Positions 25,404 to 26,371 of a stretch of DNA of 26,371 nt are shown one piece after another. This stretch comes from Paludibacter sp. (GTDB lineage: Bacteria; Bacteroidota; Bacteroidia; Bacteroidales; Paludibacteraceae). Where the stretch lies: assembly GCA_009787075.1 (NCBI GenBank), contig WRGS01000231.1:1-26371 (forward strand), given 5' to 3'. A program made the translations under genes and the position numbers. The notes beneath the pieces were generated by a model. That model saw only the letters and a list, made by a program, of their open reading frames with translations. It was not told where the DNA came from and did not search any database. Position 1 is the stretch's first letter. Each line of letters opens with the position of its first letter.

Positions 25404-25420
25404 CGTTATGAAAATTTTTT

Positions 25421-25771
25421 TTACGAATTTTTTGCTTTATCAACAATCGCCTTAAATGCTTCGGGATGATTCATTGCAAGGTCTGCAAGTACTTTTCTGT
25501 TCATTTCGATACCTGCTTTGTGCAACGCACCCATCAAGCGCGAATATGAAAGTCCTTCCAAGCGCGCTCCTGCGTTGATACGTTGAATCCAAAGAGCGCG
25601 AAAATTGCGCTTTTTGTTGCGGCGATCGCGGTAAGCATACTGCAACCCCTTTTCCCAAGTGTTTTTTGCGATTGTCCAAACATTGCGCCTTGCGCCGATG
25701 TAACCGCGTGTTAATGATAAAATTCTTTTTCTTCTGTTGCGCGAGGCAACGTGATTTACTGAACGTGGCAT
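25421..25771 (-). CDS. rplT: 50S ribosomal protein L20
   Basis: [16 protein letters not shown]...[27 protein letters not shown]. Confidence 0.99.
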   Translation of the reverse strand: MPRSVNHVASRNRRKRILSLTRGYIGARRNVWTIAKNTWEKGLQYAYRDRRNKKRNFRALWIQRINAGARLEGLSYSRLMGALHKAGIEMNRKVLADLAMNHPEAFKAIVDKAKNS

Positions 25772-25867
25772 AATTTTTAAAATGATTTTGTGAAAGTTAG
25801 CGGCAAAATTTTACTTTCGCACTTTTTATTTTGCTAAACTCTCGGTTAATAACTTGAAAACAATTTT

Positions 25868-26065
25868 TTATTTTAAACAAAGTAAAGATTTAACTTCTTT
25901 AACATCAGCGCGTTCCACCATCGAAACGTGTGTCAGATTGCGCTTTTGTTTCTTTGTTTTTTTAGTCAAAATATGACTTTTAAAAGCGTGTTTCCGTTTA
26001 ATTTTACCTGTTCCGGTAAGGGCAAACCTTTTTTTAGCACCGGAATTAGTCTTCATTTTTGGCAT
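25868..26065 (-). CDS. rpmI: 50S ribosomal protein L35
   Basis: [34 protein letters not shown]. Confidence 0.99.
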   Translation of the reverse strand: MPKMKTNSGAKKRFALTGTGKIKRKHAFKSHILTKKTKKQKRNLTHVSMVERADVKEVKSLLCLK

Positions 26066-26125
26066 CTTCTTTTTATTTTATTTATTATTAAATTTTTTAT
26101 CAAACTTAAAAATCACAAATCATAT

Positions 26126-26371
26126 TTACGATTTTTTCTTTGGCGAAAGAAAAAGTATCATTCGCTTTCCTTCCAAGCGCGGCATAGAATCAACCTTTGC
26201 TAATTCTTCGAGCTCATTTGCAAAACGCAACAAAATTTCTTCGCCCTGTTCTTTGAACAAAATAGACCGCCCTTTGAAAAAAACATACGCTTTTATTTTG
26301 TTTCCCTCTTTGAGAAAACCCTGCGCGTGTTTTAATTTAAAATTAAAATCGTGGTCGTCAGTTTGCGGACC
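26126..26371 (-). CDS. infC: Translation initiation factor IF-3, 3' part (5' end lies beyond the window)
   Basis: Own translation: [81 protein letters not shown]; located upstream of rpmI-rplT. Confidence 0.97.
   Translation of the reverse strand, partial: GPQTDDHDFNFKLKHAQGFLKEGNKIKAYVFFKGRSILFKEQGEEILLRFANELEELAKVDSMPRLEGKRMILFLSPKKKS

Noticed and set aside
1-26371. CRISPR arrays, tRNA/rRNA genes, transposases or integrases
   Set aside because: No regularly spaced repeats, cloverleaf or rRNA signatures, or recombinase motifs were seen

Overview
AT-rich chromosomal window from a Bacteroidales (Bacteroidota) bacterium, judged from repeated TAnnTTTG -7 promoter elements, the lack of Shine-Dalgarno motifs and Bacteroidales-type protein families. 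It is mostly housekeeping and envelope genes: patatin-POTRA-barrel protein, trmB, TlpA-like redoxin, polyprenyl synthase, MaoC dehydratase, sialate O-acetylesterase, etfA, exosortase-family protein, tsaD, GH13, TrmH-family methylase, rhomboid, EEP nuclease, gcvH, zupT, a large OmpA-family protein and infC(3')-rpmI-rplT. Three things stand out. (1) One uninterrupted ORF fuses a complete Fur/Zur-family repressor to a TonB-dependent receptor through an internal signal peptide, with two repeated operator-like boxes lying on its own promoter; one T fewer at the junction would give two TTGA-coupled genes instead. (2) A roughly 1 kb island between etfA and the acetylesterase, largely missed by the ORF track, looks like a collapsed type II restriction-modification locus (methylase 5' remnant, internally deleted TdeIII-like endonuclease, EcoO109I/PmeII-like C-terminal scrap). 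(3) A divergent XRE-regulator / beta-barrel OMP pair in which both genes appear to carry single-base frameshifts. No rRNA, tRNA, CRISPR array or intact mobile element was seen. All family assignments are by motif recognition, not database search.
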